DNA of 64,000 bases from Octopus vulgaris (GCA_951406725.2 OX597821.1:37944001-38008000); one strand, 5' to 3'; positions 41,750 to 55,892 are shown, counted from the first letter of the stretch. Program-made: numbers and translations. Notes: generated by a model not told the origin, from the letters alone.

Positions 41750-43387
41750 CAAGAAAACATCCACTTAAGAGAAACTGACACCCGAAGAAGTTTAATAACT
41801 TGATTAAAACACTTCAGAAAAAAAAAACGGGAATACCTGTGCCGGTGGAAAAAAAAACCCAGGGAACGTGTATCGACTAAACTATGAAACCTATAAAAGA
41901 TTAATATTAAAAGAGCTTAATTCCAAATATAGAGTAACTATGGAAAAGAATTTCTTCGATATCAATTTAGAAATTAAAAAAATTATGATGGTCTGTGACC
42001 TCAAAGAGCATAAAAGGAATTTTCACGACAGTCCCTCTTTTAGACTTATTTGCGCGACTGAATCAGATACTTATCAACTTAGTAAATCCATTCTTGATAC
42101 GATATTACCCCTAATAATTCCGAATTTATCTCTTATATTATGGTGTAATACACTGGTTCACCTCTAAAGAAAATGTAATTACTCGTTTATAAAATTTGGT
42201 ATCAATAGTTATTATTCTAGCACCTCCCCTATTCTCTTAAACAAGTCCCTGATTTTCGCTCAAAGCCTCTCTCTTATAACTAGGGACAAAATAGATATTC
42301 TTTTAGCTAGGAAAACTATTATAGAATTTGAGGGTAGGTTATGGACGAGGTCTGACATCCCTAATAATTTTGATTGCGTTATGGGTTCGAGTGACTCGGC
42401 TCACTTTCGAATATGGCACGAAGTTAACTTCTTAGACACTCCTTTAGATATAAACTCCAGCTTATACTACTTCTATAGAAAACCGGATGAAGTCACTAGG
42501 TATATGAGCAGATCTTCTAATCCTCCCCCTAACGTATTAAAATCATTAGTAAATGGAATTTCGCGACGAATTACGCAGTCATCAGCTAATAGGGATATAT
42601 TTGATTCATATTCCCACAACTATAACTCTGTTCTTTCTAAAGCAGAATATTATCAGGAGATTGCTTTCCTTAATTTGGAACTTCAGATACCTACTAGGAT
42701 TTGCAATGAAATAGAAGTGAAAAGAGGTACAAAATCCCACCTAGTTGAGCAGATAAACCTACTAGGATAGCCTCTAGCATTCCTATTAAATCAATGAATA
42801 AGATATATATGAATAAGTCAATAGAATCTAAGGACGGTAAAATGTCTAATATGTATAATAATAATAATAGTAAGGATATGACTGGGAAGAATGGAGCCTG
42901 CTCTAATGATAACATAAATACCGGAATAAGACCATATTCAATAATCAGAGAGTTCGAGAGGTAGTAAAGAAGTGATAGGGCCCGCTTTCATAAACATAAG
43001 AATTCTTGAAATAATAACGTAGTCTAGTATAATATTCCCTTTAGCTGTGTTATATCTATTAATATATATAATAAATTTATGATGATTTTAGCAAAAAACT
43101 TATCATCTTCTCATAAGAACAATAAAATCTTCTCCCGTAAGACAATAACAATCTCATATTCCTAATAAAGATACTATTACAGCCCGATTTAACAGAAGAA
43201 ATATAAAATTATCCCGGAGGATTAGTAATAGTAACATTGTCAACAGTGCTTAAAACCCCTGCAATGATAATAATATTGGATTTGTAGGAATCCAAAACAA
43301 TAGAACTAATATAAACAATGATGCCGCTACATATAATAATTCAGGCATTACCGACACAAAACATAATACTGCAATGGACTTGTGTGG

Positions 43388-43431
<44 letters not shown>

Positions 43432-43460
43432 TTACTACTACTACCACCACCACCACCACC

Positions 43461-43539
<79 letters not shown>

Positions 43540-44750
43540 ATAATAATAATAATAGAAATAATACCCCAGCTGCAATTGTAGGGTAGGACCCCAGCGTCCG
43601 TTATTAGGTCGTTGTTTATCCCAAAATGTTGTTTACAACTGTACAGTGATGACCGAATCGTAACTTTATTTACGTCAGGTGCTCGATTAATATGAAGAAG
43701 CGCCTGAACCATGTTTCATCTTTTAGATTTAGACATAAAGCTAATAGTACATTATTATATAGTAAAATCTGTGAAATTAAGGATACCGATAGTAAATTGG
43801 GATATATAGTACAACGAGCTCAGCCATACAAAGATATGGATGCGAACTATATTGTGTGGAAATTTACGAAATTTTTAAGTATAGAGAAAAGAATAACCTA
43901 ATTTATAACAGAGTAGACCTTAGGGTATATTGTGTGCACTGAATCACCCGTACCTTCAAATATTTTGCAAAAAAATGATATTTTCTATATCATACTATGA
44001 TTTGGTGAGAGAAATTATCTGGAGTGTCATATCTTTCATAACATACCGTCTATTGTATGAAATTATATGTAATATTGCCCTGTTATTATCCTTACCTGTT
44101 TAATCTGCATTCCTCCTATACTTATATTACACTATTTCCCCTTTGGTACTATGACCTTCTTCGATACCAGTCGTAATCAGTATATTTACAATGGGTTATC
44201 AGATCCTACGCCCCCTTTAAGTATATTACATGGCCCCTAAGAGTTGTTGTGATTCTACACACATCTGTGCCTGTAATAATATATCTTACGACTATTTTAT
44301 AAAACCATTTCTAATGGTATCTTTATTTTATTTTACTTATTTTAAAATTATTTTTAGTTCGATTTTGTTATGAATACCTTAACTTATCCTTATTTTCTAT
44401 CTGTTATCTCTCTTTTTATATTCGGTACATATTTTATGGCATTTACAATGTAAAATTGTTATCTTTGTTTGTTTCTTCTGTTTTTCATTTTATAAATCCT
44501 TTATTGAAATTTCATACAAATATTTTCCTTTTTTTCTTATTCCGTTTTATTTTATTCTCTCATATTATATTATATTATATTATTGTATTTCGTATATCTA
44601 TATACTCTAACATGTACTGGTGTAACGTCTATAGATTGTGAAGGAGTTTGTAACTTCCCTCTTTAGTAATCATGATATATAAGCATGATATATAATACAA
44701 TATGGTGTTTATATTTATTCATTATTTATATTTTATGATTACACTATATA
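41750..44750 (+). mobile_element. Degraded Penelope-like element, RT followed by C-terminal GIY-YIG-type endonuclease (Naiad-like)
   Basis: HKRNF..SPSFRLI, FDCVMGSSDSA (for MGSYDGAE), VNFLDTPLDI...YRKPD...SNPPP, NIPFS...KIFSRKTITISYS, CNCR...LGRCLSQNVVY, KKRLNHVSSF, AQPY. Boundaries approximate. Confidence 0.8.
43388..43553. repeat. Compound trinucleotide repeat (TAC)n(CAC)n(TAC)n(TAA)n inside the Penelope-like element linker
   Basis: Seen directly. Confidence 0.95.
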
Positions 44751-44970
44751 CTTAACTTATATATATATATCTTTATATATACATATATTATGTCTTTATA
44801 TATATACATATATTATATATTTATATATATATTATATTTATATATATATTATATCTTTATATACATATATAATATCTTTATATATATATAAATATATTTT
44901 TTTCTCTAGTTTCAGCTCAGAGCTGCGGCCATGCTGATGCACCGCCGTTATATCTTTATATATATATAAT

Positions 44971-45028
<58 letters not shown>

Positions 45029-45032
45029 ATAT

Positions 45033-45760
45033 AAGGGAAGTTGAAATCACCCATAAGAAATATGGTCACGTGGTGTTCCAGCTTCATGAGGATTTCTTTA
45101 ATTCTTGCGAGGCAATCTTCAGACATTCCTATGTGGTTTGGAGCATCCGGTGGGCAATATGTATTGCATATGACTATATTGTCTTAAGTATACAATTAGA
45201 GTGTGTCACATACCGAATTTGAGTATGACAGTAAAGTCTGGGGTGTGAGGTCGTCACAGATGTATACAGCAAATCCAGCATGGCTCATTTCCCTTCTATC
45301 TGTTCGCAGTATGGCATAGTTTAGTACGTGTACTTCTGTGTTCTCTATATCAGGGCTGAGGTGAGTTTCCACCAGTGCTATGCATAGGGCTTGACTGCAA
45401 GCAGTAAGATCTCTCAGGAAAGAAATTTTGCTTTTATTATGATGCAACAGGCCCCCACTATTTAGTAAAAGTATTGGGGTGACGACTGTGCAGGCGTTAG
45501 GGGAGGTCTTCTCGTGTCTGTGGACTGTGGTGGTCTTCCATTGTGGTGGGCAAGGTTCCTTGTTTGTGCTTGTTGTAGCCAGGTCAGCTGCTGCACAATC
45601 TTTTGTGCCATGTACTCTTGCTCATGTTGATTGGATGTTTGATTTGTACCACTTTCTAGTTCAAGTGTGCCGCATATCATCCCCACATGTCCTCCTTCTA
45701 GAGTTTAAGAGGTGCAATTTAAGAGTTGACTGTAACATTGATACATATGCACTTCTTGTG
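45033..45760 (-). mobile_element. Apurinic-endonuclease (APE) domain fragment of a LINE (CR1/L2/Jockey-group type)
   Basis: Minus-strand IALVETHL, LRTDR...HAGFAVYI, YCPPD and IFLMGDFNFP motifs; truncated by (TA)n. Confidence 0.75.
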
Positions 45761-45764
45761 ACAG

Positions 45765-45834
<70 letters not shown>

Positions 45835-45907
45835 CTCTTTCTGTCTGTATGTCTGTCTATCTCTCTCTCTCTATCTATCTATAACGTATGTCCATTAATG
45901 TGTATAT

Positions 45908-46294
45908 GGATGGAAGCACTCCGTCGGGTCCGACGACGAGGGTTTCGGTTGATCCGATCAACGGAACAGCCTGCTCGTGAAGTTAACGTGTAAGTGGCTG
46001 AGCACTCCACAGACACGTGTACCCTTAACGTAGTTCTCGGGGATATTCAGCGTGACACAGAGAGTGACAAGGCCGGCCCTTTGAAATACAGGTACAACAG
46101 AAACAGGAAGTAAGAGTGAGAGAAAGTTGTGGTGAAAGAGTACAGCAGGGATCACCACCATCTCCTGCCGGAGCCTCGTGGAGCTTTAGGTGTTTTCGCT
46201 CAATAAACACTCACAACGCCCGGTCTGGGAATCGAAACCGCGATCGTACGACCGCGAGTCCGCTGCCCTAACCACTGGGCTATTGCGCCTCCAC
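45908..46294 (-). mobile_element. tRNA-derived SINE family C, copy 1
   Basis: Minus-strand head gtggaggcgcaatagcccagtggttaggg (A box) ... ggtttcgattccc (B box); about 385 bp. Confidence 0.85.
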
Positions 46295-46295
46295 A

Positions 46296-46368
<73 letters not shown>

Positions 46369-46371
46369 GGG

Positions 46372-46413
<42 letters not shown>

Positions 46414-46418
46414 GTGCG

Positions 46419-46790
46419 TGGAGTTCCAGCGGTTACGACGATGCGGGTTCGAGTTGATTCGATCAACTGAACATCCTGTTCGTGGAATTAACGTGCAAGT
46501 GGCTAAGTACTCCACAGACATGCGTACCCTTAACGTAGTTCTCGGAGGAGATTCAGCGTGACACAGTGCGACAAGGCTGGGCTCTTTGAAATACAGGCAC
46601 AACAGAAACAGGAAGAAAGAGTAAGAGAGAGTTGGGGCGAAAGAGTACAGTGGGGTTCGCCACCACCCCGTACCGGAGCATCGTGGAGCTTAGGGTGTTT
46701 TCGCTCAAACACTCACAACGCCCGGTCTGGGAATCGAAACCACGATCCTACAAGTGCTCGTCCGCTGCCATAACCACTGGGCCATTACTT
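46419..46790 (-). mobile_element. tRNA-derived SINE family C, copy 2 (more diverged)
   Basis: Colinear with 45908-46294 along its length; separated from it by (TA)n(TG)n. Confidence 0.85.
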
Positions 46791-46829
46791 CTTATATATA
46801 TATATATATATATATATAGATATATATAT

Positions 46830-46868
<39 letters not shown>

Positions 46869-46978
46869 TATATATATAGATATATATATAGATATATATA
46901 TACATATATATGCGGTGTGTGTGTATATATATATATGCACACACACATATATATATAGATGTGGTGTACGTGTGTATG

Positions 46979-47010
<32 letters not shown>

Positions 47011-47043
47011 CACATTTATATATATAGATGTGGTGTACGTGTG

Positions 47044-47085
<42 letters not shown>

Positions 47086-47519
47086 GTATGTCTATACGTG
47101 TAGCGTGTGTGCATATATATGCATATATATATATACACAAGTATATGCATATACTTATATGCCCTCACACACATACACATATATGTCAATATGCACATGT
47201 TTGTATATTTTATATATGTGTGGGTGGTGAGTGCTGATATGTGTATATGTGATACGTACACATCTGCCTGAAAGCAATCAAATTGAACAGGAAATTTGCA
47301 GAATTACATTGGAATTTCGACGTTATTATTGCAGTGATATCCTTTGCTTTCAGTCTTGCAGTGAACTCATTGTATTGTAGAATGTCCAGTTTAATGACAC
47401 ATCTCAGTATGTCATGATATTTCGATTGAAGTCTGCTAATGAGCTTTTATTTTCAATTCTTCTCTACTCTCACTTTCCTCTGTTCCTACTTCCATATCAA
47501 CCACAATTGTAACCGACAT

Positions 47520-47556
<37 letters not shown>

Positions 47557-47597
47557 ACGAATATATCCATGTTCATATATTTATGCACTCAATAATT

Positions 47598-47675
<78 letters not shown>

Positions 47676-47869
47676 TGTGTGTAAAGAATGGGCAAAATTG
47701 ATAAGAAAACCCCTAATACTGAACAAGCGAAAATAAGAAAAGGTAAAAAAGCAGCAGCTATTTTGTTGAGGATTCTGGCAGTTTCGATACGTTGAAATAG
47801 AATTGCTAACTCAGTGACATCGAAAACCATTTGATATGGTTGTTAGTTGACACAAAATCGAGAGAAATA

Positions 47870-48050
47870 ACGGTTTCAAATTTTTGCACAAGGACAGCTG
47901 TTTTGGGGGTGGGACTAAGTCAATTAAATGTACCCCAGTCTTCATCTGGCGCTTATTTCATCGACCCAGAGTGTCTGAAAGGCAAATTCGACCTAGACGG
48001 AAATTTGGACGCGACGTATTTCGCCCGGCGTGATAACAATCCTGCCGGGG
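47870..48050 (-). mobile_element. Degraded SINE family A copy
   Basis: tttcgcccggcgtgataac, tcgacccagagtgtctgaaaggcaaattcgacc motifs. Confidence 0.55.
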
Positions 48051-48639
48051 TTAATGCCTTAAAATATCGTGAGAAATATCAACTTCAATCATACTGACTG
48101 AAACGAAGGAAATGCAAGGATGGAGAAACACTGCATTGTTTAGAAAAACGAATTGGGGAGGAAACCGATAATATAGGTCCAATTAGGATGAAATTAAGTA
48201 TCATACTATTTGTCAGTGCATGAAAAAATGTCTTTTTCAGAAAAATGAGTAAATTACGATGAAAACGATATGACAAAAGAACTGAAAAGTATGGCTCTGT
48301 AAGTTTCCGGGGAAAGCTAGCGCGATGCCCTTAATGCAAAAACGGAAAATACGATGTCTGCTTGTTTGACAAGCTGAAAGAGAGATCTGTTATCTAAAGC
48401 AGGAAGTAATGTCGAAACAACCAGAATCCTTAGTAAGGCAGCTGATGAAGTCTAAATTTTTGACTCCTTGTTTTTCCTGTCACATTTTTTTTTATTATTT
48501 GAACCGATTTTTCCCAGGTTAATTATTTCTGACGCACACGATGCTTCTCAATCGTTTTCCTCTACTTTCTGTGACGATCTTCTGATCCAAGTCTCTTTCT
48601 TTCTTCTATTCTCTCACACTTTTGTCTTTCTTTTGCTAA

Positions 48640-49287
48640 CACAATATTCAGTAAAACATTTCACATTCAAGGCTATGAGAAGTCAACTAAACTCGTGGCT
48701 GGACTATATTATAGCTGGTCTGCTCTGCTCATGCCTGGAATATATTATTATTATTGGCTTGCAGTTGATAAGCGGAGCGACATTCAACCATATCCTTTCA
48801 TTCTTTTGCCTTTCTTTTGTTTCCTCTCTCACCTCACTGTTCCCCAACGAGATGTCTCTGTCTATCATGTTGCCTTCCGTTCCCAGGTTGCCAGTTTCTG
48901 CTTCCGCTCTGTCCAAAATAAAGTAACTGCCACTGTTCCTGAAAAAAATATTGCCAAAACCGACTGTTGGAGACGTTATAAAGATGGAAATAGGTGCACG
49001 TACACGCACGCAGATTTATCCTTACCAAGGTCTACATAAGTATCCGAGAGAAATTAGCCTGATGTTGTAACTGTTGAGTGAAAAACCTTATTTATATAAA
49101 CATAAATCACATCCTAGCATCTTTTAAAAGGACTGATACAATATTCAGTGAAACCTATCACATTCAAGGCTATGAGAAGACAGCTAAATTCGTGGCTGGA
49201 TTATATTATAGCTGGTCTGCTCTGCGTATGCCTGGAATATCTTATTTTTGGCTTGCAGTTGATAAGCAGAGCGACATTCAATCACAT
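48640..49287 (+). repeat. Diverged direct repeat of about 150 bp (48640-48793 and 49137-49287)
   Basis: Both copies contain atattcagt.aaac.t.tcacattcaaggctatgagaag.ca.ctaaa.tcgtggctgga.tatattatagctggtctgctctgc...gagcgacattcaa. Confidence 0.85.
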
Positions 49288-50388
49288 ACGTCACTGTATT
49301 ATTTTAATTCGATTAGTGCGCGTTCTTCAATGGAGTTTGCAACACTCTATTGAAAACGTATCAAGCCCTTGAAATTTAAGCTGGTCCTCAGTGGAAAATC
49401 TTGATACATTTCATTTTGCTTCAAATTCACTGAAATGCATTCTCAAAGAATATCTTTTTTCAATTTAATCTTTGAGATAACAACGTTTACAGATCAAATT
49501 ACATTTCTCAACGCATCTTAGGCTTATGATAACACAGTTTAATTTCATTTAATGATTATTCAATCTTTAAGAGAAAAAAACAAACAAATAAACTCAACTT
49601 TTAACATATGAAAGACAAAATATAGCGAATACGTTAAATTCACTTACTTAATTTCTATGATTGGCAAAGAAATTTAATCTAAGAGTGATTTTGTCGTAAA
49701 TGAAGAAGTAGAAGGGAAGTGAATTAGTGCGTAAATTCATTTACTTCGGCAAGAAAAATCTGCAAACAACATCGTAGCTCGGAAGCAGTTTTAGATTTTT
49801 TTGAAGCAATAACTATTTCTACGTTTCTATGTTTTGTCTTTTTTTATCTTATTGTTTTATTGCCAATTTTACAGAGAGTCAGCGAAAACGTCATCTTTTA
49901 AAAGGATCCTTTTACGGACGGAGGCGTTGTAAGTTCAACACTTAAAACACAAAATATGAGAAACGTTTGCATTTTGTTGTGGCATTCTAAAAAGAATTGT
50001 TTTATATCTGCTTCATAATCTCCAAGTAATTTGGTACTAAAGTTATTTCAATGAAACCTAACTAACAATTACCGAATGCTTGAACCCCGCCTCAACCGCC
50101 AGCTCGATCGATATAAAAAAATTATATAAATACTCTTCACTATCATATTGTAACTTTATAATGGACAACCAACTTTTCTCCCCTAAGTCCGAATTTTGGA
50201 TCATGTGTTTATGATATATCCAAGGCAAGGCAATAGATTGGAGAAGACACTTGTAGTTTAGTGACTCAGTGGTTTTTATCCGGTAGGATTAAACTTACAA
50301 TGAAGTAGGATTACGAAAGAAATATTGACTTTTAAGTGAAATACATTTAATCGACCAAGATCTACATAAAATTTGGCATTTGAGTTGC

Positions 50389-50434
<46 letters not shown>

Positions 50435-52827
50435 CTCTCTCTCTCTCTATCTATATATATATCTATATATATTATCTCTCTCTCTCTACCTCTCTCTTAC
50501 ATATACATGCTCTCACACAAAAACACACATCCACCCACATACATAAGCACACACAACAAGCACATGTGTGTCAAGAAAGACAGTAATACATTCGTATTTT
50601 ACATCCTTAATGGCAGGGTAGGAATTTAAATATGAAAAAAAAATATTTCTTTAAGAAAATGATGTAATTTCTCAGAGATGTGATTTTAGATCATGTATCG
50701 AAGACTTTCAGTTGTTCCATTTATTTCATGGAAATTATATGAAGCCATTCTTGGAAAACGAATAAGTTTGAGAATATACGAGATTTTGTTTTAAGCTGAA
50801 CAACTATTTCTTAAACCACTTAACAGATTTCAGATAATATAATACACATACTTCACTAAAGGATTTCTCTTTTATTGTCTCTCTGGAATACAACATTTCA
50901 CAAAAGACAAGCTCTCAGAAATCTGTATAAAAACTGACGTTAGCAAGAAGAGAATCTTTTACTCTTGTTACTACTGTTCTACGTAATACACATCTCCTTA
51001 AATATTGCTGTACGAGAAAATGTTCCACGTTTGCAGTCCGAATATGGCGATTATTCCTGTAAAGTCACTAACATGTCTTCCCATAACGACTAATACGTTT
51101 TTTCATCTTTATTGTTGTCAACTAATTAGATTAATGTTTTCGGTTTGAATTAAAAAGTTTTATTGTGTAATTTTCACGCCATTCCTAATCTTTCACCCCT
51201 CTTTCATTTTCTGTCTGTCTGTCTGTCTCCCTCTCTCTCTACATACATGAATATAGTGTATAATTACTAGCTTATATGTGTACGTGTGTGTGTGCAACGT
51301 TATATTTAATTAAATAGTCGTGCTTCCGTTTCAGTGTAAACTCATAATAAATCTTCAGTCAGAGATTTCATAAAAATTTGAATTCACTGTTATGTAACAT
51401 ATAATACTAGTTACAATCTTTTTTTCTTTTTGCGAACTCTTAATTCTGATTCTTTTTCATAGTAAGTGCCTCTTCATTGATTATGGTTAAAATACTTGTC
51501 CAGGGAAAGATTGAATTGGATATAGGTTTTAATTCAACACACCATGTACTTGGAACATTTTCTTTGGTGTTACGTTTTATTTTGCTGACAGAGTTGTCCT
51601 CTTGAAATCTCTCTACATATTCTCTAGCGAGATAGTCACGAAGATGTAGCCCCTATACCTCAATGTAAATATACACTATAAAGTTTAATTACATATTATG
51701 TTAGTTATATGTTATATCAATGCTAAACATATATCTACTCGAATGTAGCTAATTAAATATTATTTGTGTAGCAGAAAAATCATTTGATAATATAAAATCT
51801 CAGCTTCTTTGAAAAGTAAAAAGGTCCACTAATTTTCCGACTTTGAGTTTGAGGAGAAAATATTAAATTAATAGGTAGTTTACTTTCAAAACATTAATAA
51901 ACAATGTCAGTAAAGTCCTGACAACATAGCAAAACAAAGCGGGTTGTGTCTTCCTATTTTTATTTTTGCAAAGTATCTGAGAAACAAATTAATTGTGTAG
52001 AAAAGAATGAAATATTACCCAAGTTATTTTGTTCCTATATAAATGCATCATGAAGCACGTGTTTGAAACTATTATTCTGAATTATGCAGAGATTATTATA
52101 TTGTAAGCTTCCACAAAACATAAACTACTAGGATAACCTGTATCATTGTTTTTTCATTTGGGGAAATAAAATACGAACATCCAATATAATATTGTTTATC
52201 TAAGCAGCCAGCCTTGATCAGGCATGATCAAATAAATATTTGACTTGACATATATTAGGTTTGTAAATATATTTGAGAACTAGATCACAAAATGTTTAAA
52301 ATCTCAAATAAAATTACCAAATTTTCTCATTGATATTCCTACTCTGTTCTTGACAAGGATCAACGCAACACCTACGGAATAGAAAATCTTCCTTTTGTGA
52401 TAGACACTCGTGTCCGAACTTAAATATACCGGATATAATGCATTAAGATAACTTCTCACATCTATATTAACATCCGTAAAATAAAACAATTAGTTATCTT
52501 CTATAGTTTTAATGAATTGTTGGGAAACATGATATACTAGTAATAAAACTTCCCAAATATTCCGAAGAACATACCAAATGGACTAAGATCTTCATGTCTG
52601 AATACCTCAGTATTTAGCAGAATATATTTACAGTGGCATATATTTCACATTACTTCATATATAGCCGAATTCATTTCATATAAAATAAGTATATATTTTA
52701 TATTAATGTGACTTGTTTTTTTCTGCCTGTAATTAATCCTAATTTTTCTAATTTCTAAATCTTTGGTTTGTTTTTCTCCCGTACTAACTTTAGCATTATT
52801 TTGTTATATTTTCTCTACTAATTCCAG

Positions 52828-52974
52828 AGGAAGCTTGCCCTGCTAACACATATGGTTGGGATTGTTCCCAGAAGTGCTATTGTAGAGATCCTTCTAACTG
52901 TCACAGGCTAAGAGGACCTCTACCATCCTGTGAATGTAAAGAGGGTTATTTTAACCGGCCAAATTGTCAACGAG
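52828..52974 (+). CDS. EGF-like (8 Cys) exon: EEACPANTYGWDCSQKCYCRDPSNCHRLRGPLPSCECKEGYFNRPNCQR
   Basis: Acceptor ttctctactaattccag|, donor G|gtatgc, 147 nt, phase 1-1. CP..TYG..C...C.C motif. Not in the ORF track (too short). Confidence 0.9.
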
Positions 52975-55083
52975 GTATGCTACTAATTATTGCATGAACT
53001 AACAATGTTTTATATATTTTTAATGAAATTTAATGTATAAAAATATTTTCTTTCAGCATATTCAATAAATTGTGAATTAAGATAGACATTATGATTGTCG
53101 GTTTAAATGTCTTTATGGTTTTCTGCATATGAAGACTTTTAATATGAAAGCATATGCTTAAGATAAAACAAGTTTTATTATAAATCGTATTAGTTTAATC
53201 AATATAGATTTTTAAAAAATATCGTATTGCAAACCTAAATAAATTTTCCATTATAATTACGACCGACCGTATTTTACCCACATTGGCTTTGCAAGAGTAA
53301 ATATATCCTTTAATGCAAAATTTATTCACTTCCGACCGCGAAGATCAGTTGATCAGTTGATTCAAATTGAGTATTATAACTTATTTTTAGAGTCATTAAT
53401 TTATCAGATCCTGATACAGCACCGCCTTCGATGAACAGTGTTCTTTATTTCGAGTGTCATGTCTGATGTCTAACGTTTAATACAGTTTTGTTGTTGACGT
53501 TATTGGAAGTCGAAAGCAGATAATGTTTGCGCATTTTTTGTTGTGCAACTTTCAGTCATCGAAGCGTGTCAAATCTTGTTGAACTATAACAATTTTCAGT
53601 TTGTTATTGACATTTTCTGCACAAAATATATTGTGTGTTGTTTGCAATAGCCCTACATTTCTTGCCATTGTTCTGATCTTTCCTTTGGTTAAGTCTGTCT
53701 CCTGCTACTCCCGAGGCTATAGAGACTCTTCCAAAATTACTAACTTTCAAATCCCAGTGATATTGAGACAGGAAAGTTGTATGTATTGTACATATGTATC
53801 TGAAAAAGGTATGCGTACTAATAATTTGCCCCTGTTATTCCATAACAATTTCAGGATACTATCTTCTGGGTTTGTTGCAATTTTTTATATAATCTTCAGA
53901 AGGCAAAAATCCATTTACTGATATGGACTTGATATATCTGCAATTTTAAGACTTTTAAGGTGAATGATAAGTGGGTGAGAGATGATGGTTATGCATTTTC
54001 TTGCTGTATACATGATAAAATAGTTTTTTTTTATCATTCCAGTAGAAATGTCTGTGTAAAATTATGAGATTGAAATATGACTATCCCCTAAATAGAGGAA
54101 TATTGTAGCAATATTTGTTTTTAATTTTATTGTGTCGCTGCATCGTATAAAGGATTTTCCGTGCTATTTTCACAGAAGTACTATTCATAAACTACTTTAC
54201 TAAAGTCAATTTCAGGAGTATTATTTTACAAATTAAGTATTGCTTATTGTATACAAATATACGGTGGATATCCGCTTATTGTTCTGCTATATTGTTATAA
54301 AGACTAGGGTGGTTTGTGGTTTATGTATGTCATGTCCTCTTTTTTTGTCTTCTGTAGGAATAATTTTCGCCTTTCGTCTGATCGTCTATGATATTCAAGA
54401 AATTAGCGGTTCTCAGGTGGTTGTTGATTATTTTGGGGTCGTACACTCAAATCTGCTTATCAGGTCGTTTCTAAATCTATTTCTGTTGTAACAGTTTATA
54501 ATAGGAGACACAATCCACCGTCTTCTTATAATCCAGCTTTGTCTTTGGTGTTTGGGTAGGTTAGTCTAGTAAGAATAGTGACATAATAACTGTTTTAGGC
54601 ATACGACTTATTCTCAACTTTCCGCGAACGCGCGTTCCATATCAACATCAAACAAAGACACCAGCGATTACTTACGCTCACCCGAAGAAGGTGCAGCTCC
54701 TTCCATTAGCTTGGTTTCTTTATTCATTCTAAAAACTTTTTCTCTGATCGTCAAATGTGAAACCATACGCATATGAGTAGATTTCGAATAGTTCAGATCG
54801 CCAAATATATACACACGGGCATTGCGCGCGCTTTTCTGAATCTAACTAATTAAGAAATTACTTAAACCATTTATTTCTTCGCTACCTTCTCTCATAGATG
54901 TGCAATTTGTCCTCACTCGATCATGGGGTGCTTCAATCTTATTTATATATTTTTCAATTGCCGACGATATTCAAAAGTAACATCGATTAGTGAGTAATAA
55001 TCTGTAATTATATACATACATACACACATATGTAGTTATATAAATATATATATGTATATACATATACGCTATTATATATGTAC

Positions 55084-55147
<64 letters not shown>

Positions 55148-55151
55148 TATA

Positions 55152-55472
55152 TATCAAATATGAATTAGAGATAAAACCACTATTATGCAACCGAATTTAT
55201 TTCAGTTGAATTTAAACTTAATTGTAATTCGAATTTAATTGTAGCCATGAAATTGTAGTGTTTTCACTTATTATATTATATATTTATCATTCATTTCATA
55301 CTTTTTGAAATCTAGTTATAAGTTATATATAAGAAAAAGAAAAACAATGTCTATCACTGTTTTAGTTGCATAATAGTGGTTTTGTCTCTAATTCATATTT
55401 TATATACTGATACTGTGAAATTTGATTTGATACTAAATTGAATTTTTACCTGTAAGTTTGGAGTTATACACC

Positions 55473-55476
<4 letters not shown>
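55152..55476 (+). mobile_element. Short element with a 40-bp inverted repeat, inserted in (TA)n (probable Penelope-like terminal remnant)
   Basis: 55152-55191 is the reverse complement of 55365-55404 (2 mismatches); the element continues about 70 bp past the right arm to ...cacccta(ata). Confidence 0.5.
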
Positions 55477-55516
<40 letters not shown>

Positions 55517-55892
55517 CACACACACATATATATATATATAAATGAGAGAGAATGAGGGAGGGAGGGGAAAGAGAAAGTGAGTGTGAGCGCTATCTCGCAG
55601 ACATGAACGCATTTTAGAGTAGTTATATCAAGTGTGCAGAGTAATCATTGTTTACTTAGTTTTGAAATTGTTTGAAAATTGAAAAAAAACCAAAAAACAA
55701 ATTATCAGTTATGAAATGTTAATGGATCTCGTTGATTGAAGACCTGTTATACATATCTGAATGTAAGGATCAAACGGACCTTATCCAAGTTCTTCAACAA
55801 AAAGTAATGAATGATGTTTAATATACAAACTTTTAATAACAGCATACGTACATGTGAACACGCATGCGCACACACATATGTTTAAACATACC

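Noticed and set aside
43250-43712. Poly-V, poly-L/P, poly-S/G and poly-T ORFs
   Set aside because: Frames of the compound trinucleotide repeat inside the decayed Penelope-like element.
44625-44670. Hairpin ggagtt-tgt-aacttcc at the 3' end of the Penelope-like element as a possible hammerhead
   Set aside because: Neither CUGANGA nor a correctly placed GAAA is present.
46220-46294. tRNA-like sequence with A and B boxes (also 55893-55965)
   Set aside because: These are SINE heads continuous with SINE bodies; no complete cloverleaf identified, so not called as tRNA genes.
53400-54700. Possible very old minus-strand Penelope-like remnant
   Set aside because: Only faint motif resemblance; no continuous frame could be reconstructed by eye.
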